The position numbers and the translations under genes are program-made. The notes under the pieces are model-generated. The model ran no database searches. It was not told where the DNA came from and was given only the letters and a program-made list of their open reading frames with translations. From assembly GCF_045037415.1 (NCBI RefSeq), contig NZ_CP173440.1: a stretch of 64,000 bases of DNA; one strand, 5' to 3'. Shown in pieces: positions 62,117 to 64,000 of this stretch (positions within the stretch are counted from its first letter, which is position 1; each line of letters opens with the position of its first letter). This stretch comes from Escherichia coli (GTDB lineage Bacteria; Pseudomonadota; Gammaproteobacteria; Enterobacterales; Enterobacteriaceae).

Positions 62117-62711
62117 GTTCACTCTCCAGATCAGGGATGAAGTCAAAGTTGTACGCAATCGCTTTTTCAGGTGATTCACCCGCGATGAGTTTTAACCAGG
62201 AGTAAGAGTCTTGCTGGTTAAGAAAAATAACGAGATACCCTTCATCTGCACTGTTTCGCTGTTTAATGAATTCAATCTCATTATCCATTACGAAACCAAA
62301 TGGCCCATGTATAACACGCGACTGCTCTGGAAGCATTGAGCTGAACATTGATACCACGACTTCCCTCAGCTCCAAATTTTGGTGCGCAATAAAAGCCACT
62401 CTTTTACCTTCCTTAACGGAAGCTACAATTCGTTTAACACTCGACTTCACGTTATAGCGATACACAATCAACCGGAGCCGGGTCATGCAGAGGAAAATAA
62501 TACATACGCAACTGACAAGAGCCCCATAAGCTGAGCCTTCAATGAACCAGTTAAGGAATCCCAAAACAACCAGTCCCAAAAAAGTGAATATACTCAACAG
62601 GAAAATATAAAAGTTAATTTTACGGTCTTTTGGATACCAGGTTGATGCAACGGCTATGATAGCCATTACGCCGACTAATGCATACATTGAAAGATCAAAC
62701 GGGTTACTCAT
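62103..62711 (-). CDS. Hypothetical protein with N-terminal transmembrane region and ~120-aa cytoplasmic domain
   Basis: 202-aa product; three hydrophobic helices in the first 80 residues. Confidence 0.45.
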   Translation of the reverse strand: MSNPFDLSMYALVGVMAIIAVASTWYPKDRKINFYIFLLSIFTFLGLVVLGFLNWFIEGSAYGALVSCVCIIFLCMTRLRLIVYRYNVKSSVKRIVASVKEGKRVAFIAHQNLELREVVVSMFSSMLPEQSRVIHGPFGFVMDNEIEFIKQRNSADEGYLVIFLNQQDSYSWLKLIAGESPEKAIAYNFDFIPDLESEHETK

Positions 62712-62925
62712 CGATAGTCTCGCAATCGTGCCCAGGGCAGCCCTTGACAGGTGAAAATTCAGGGCATTCTTGAGTAGTTATAAGTCGCTCACCGGCGTTA
62801 AAACGTATTTGTAAGTCACTACGTAAAGCTTCTGCATTCTCCCCCCCCAAAAGGTAGAGCAGAAACTCATCATCAGCCAAAAGTAACTTTTCCAGGTCAT
62901 AGCACTCGTGTTTGTAGTCCATCAT
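62704..62925 (-). CDS. Small hypothetical protein (73 aa)
   Basis: ORF only; start overlaps the downstream gene by 8 bp. Confidence 0.3.
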   Translation of the reverse strand: MMDYKHECYDLEKLLLADDEFLLYLLGGENAEALRSDLQIRFNAGERLITTQECPEFSPVKGCPGHDCETIDE

Positions 62926-63066
62926 TCCTCCTTGAGACTATTAAATCACAGAGGAAAGACAAATTTTCTGTACTAAAGGGCTAAATCTGGAAGATCAAGT
63001 AAATTTTTTGGCAAAAAAAAAGCGCATAAAATATGCGCTCTTTTTTTAATAGACAACAATGGGTAA

Positions 63067-63327
63067 TTAGTTCATACGGAGCATATGGTTCTCAACTCTT
63101 GCTATGAAGTTACTCATTGAGGGAAGGTTTAACTCGTCTCCTATGCGTTTACAGTCAAAAAGTGACTTTGCAGGGGAAAAGTTAAAGCCTTTATTATTAA
63201 CAAACTCTAAAATCTCTTTCAGATAGGAGTTTTTACTTCCGGCACTGAAGGAGTTGAGTAAAGGCCCACGATCTAAAAGTTCACCTGCTGCTTTTTTGGT
63301 CAACTTAATACCTTGTTTACTTATCAT
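63067..63327 (-). CDS. Small hypothetical protein (86 aa)
   Basis: ORF only. Confidence 0.3.
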   Translation of the reverse strand: MISKQGIKLTKKAAGELLDRGPLLNSFSAGSKNSYLKEILEFVNNKGFNFSPAKSLFDCKRIGDELNLPSMSNFIARVENHMLRMN

Positions 63328-63368
63328 CTTACAATGATAGTACTCAAAGCTTTCACTACCTTCCCAGT

Positions 63369-63605
63369 CTAGAACCTGGAGGAGTGAAACTCAGAAAGCA
63401 AAAGCAACATTGTGCCATGATCACGAACAACATATAAAAATTCAAAATTACCATTTATCAACGCTTGCTTAACTAAGCGCAAATCTATCTCTATGTCGTA
63501 GTCATACCAGGGGCTATTAACGAGAGAAGCGGAATGCTTCAGAATGAAGTGTTCCTTAACCCAGTTAAAAACCGATTCGATATCATAATCATAATAAACG
63601 TTCAT
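63369..63605 (-). CDS. Small hypothetical protein (78 aa)
   Basis: ORF only. Confidence 0.3.
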   Translation of the reverse strand: MNVYYDYDIESVFNWVKEHFILKHSASLVNSPWYDYDIEIDLRLVKQALINGNFEFLYVVRDHGTMLLLLSEFHSSRF

Positions 63606-63673
63606 AATTAGCTCTCCTAAAGTAAAAAAGGGAGAGCCCCACAGGGAGCACTCTCCCTGTATGGGTTATGAAA

Positions 63674-64000
63674 TTATTTAATCAAGTCAAAAAATCTTTC
63701 TTCCAGTTTGCCTGGGAAAGCTTCATGACCCTTGAGCATTAATACATCATTCCAATCGACACCTTTCGCACCATCAGGTATATCCAGTTCAGGCAAATGA
63801 ATCTCAACCCGGACTGTTGCTTCAGGATAGCGTTCAGCAAGTAAGGGCTCCATACGGCTCTTGAGAACACGTGCAGCAGACTCACCAGCTGAATTACCGG
63901 TGTTTGGATTTACCCGATCTTTATCTGCCCAAATCGACAATTCAATAAATTGGCAATCAGAAGGTGGCATTAAATACTCAGGTATTTCCAGCATTTCCAT
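63674..64000 (-). CDS. Hypothetical protein (108 aa); start codon is the last three bases of the window
   Basis: ORF-track product MEMLEIPEYLMPPSDCQFIELSIWADKDRVNPNTG... Confidence 0.35.
   Translation of the reverse strand: MEMLEIPEYLMPPSDCQFIELSIWADKDRVNPNTGNSAGESAARVLKSRMEPLLAERYPEATVRVEIHLPELDIPDGAKGVDWNDVLMLKGHEAFPGKLEERFFDLIK

Overview
This window is a mosaic multidrug-resistance region joined to the backbone of a large, probably enterobacterial plasmid. All calls rest on reading the sequence and on recalled protein families; no database search, alignment or folding was run. Coordinates of IS ends and repeats are hand-counted and may be off by 1-2 bp. Positions 1-43662 are resistance modules separated by five IS26 copies: (i) a class 1 integron (intI1 cut by the window edge, PcW, dfrA5/14-type cassette, qacEdelta1, sul1, orf5 remnant) ending at a Tn21-type 38-bp IR split by a complete IS5075/IS4321 element, then chrA-padR, IS6100 and mphR(A)-mrx-mph(A); (ii) IS26-aph(3')-Ia-IS26 (Tn4352-like); (iii) a blaNDM-1 module (cutA, dsbD-N-terminal fusion ORF, trpF, bleMBL, blaNDM-1) preceded by ISAba125 carrying an IS630-family insertion, then aph(3')-VI and an ISAba14 fragment; (iv) an ISKpn19-like element, tnpR fragment, qnrS1, a degenerate IS2-group element and a truncated, frameshifted Tn3-type tnpA; (v) a Tn1548-derived segment between inverted IS26 copies (rep fragment, mph(E), msr(E), ISEc29, armA); (vi) a truncated IS4321-like copy inside a second Tn21-type IR that cuts a tyrosine integrase 27 codons in, then sul2-glmM fragment-ISCR2-resG. 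Positions 43663-64000 are lower-GC backbone: a truncated PAS-MCP gene, uncharacterised nuclease-like genes, a P1/RepFIB-like repA replicon with a DnaA box, upstream iterons and a ~1.1 kb 42-bp tandem iteron array, a CoiA-like gene, a group II intron ending just 5' of a Cre-like recombinase gene, and about twelve co-directional small hypothetical genes including a Tus-like protein. The best candidates for something undescribed are the nuclease-rich module at 45451-48046, the palindrome-bracketed gene at 49629-50192, the oversized iteron array, the intron/Cre-like junction and the palindromic operator array upstream of resG; none can be assigned a function from sequence alone.
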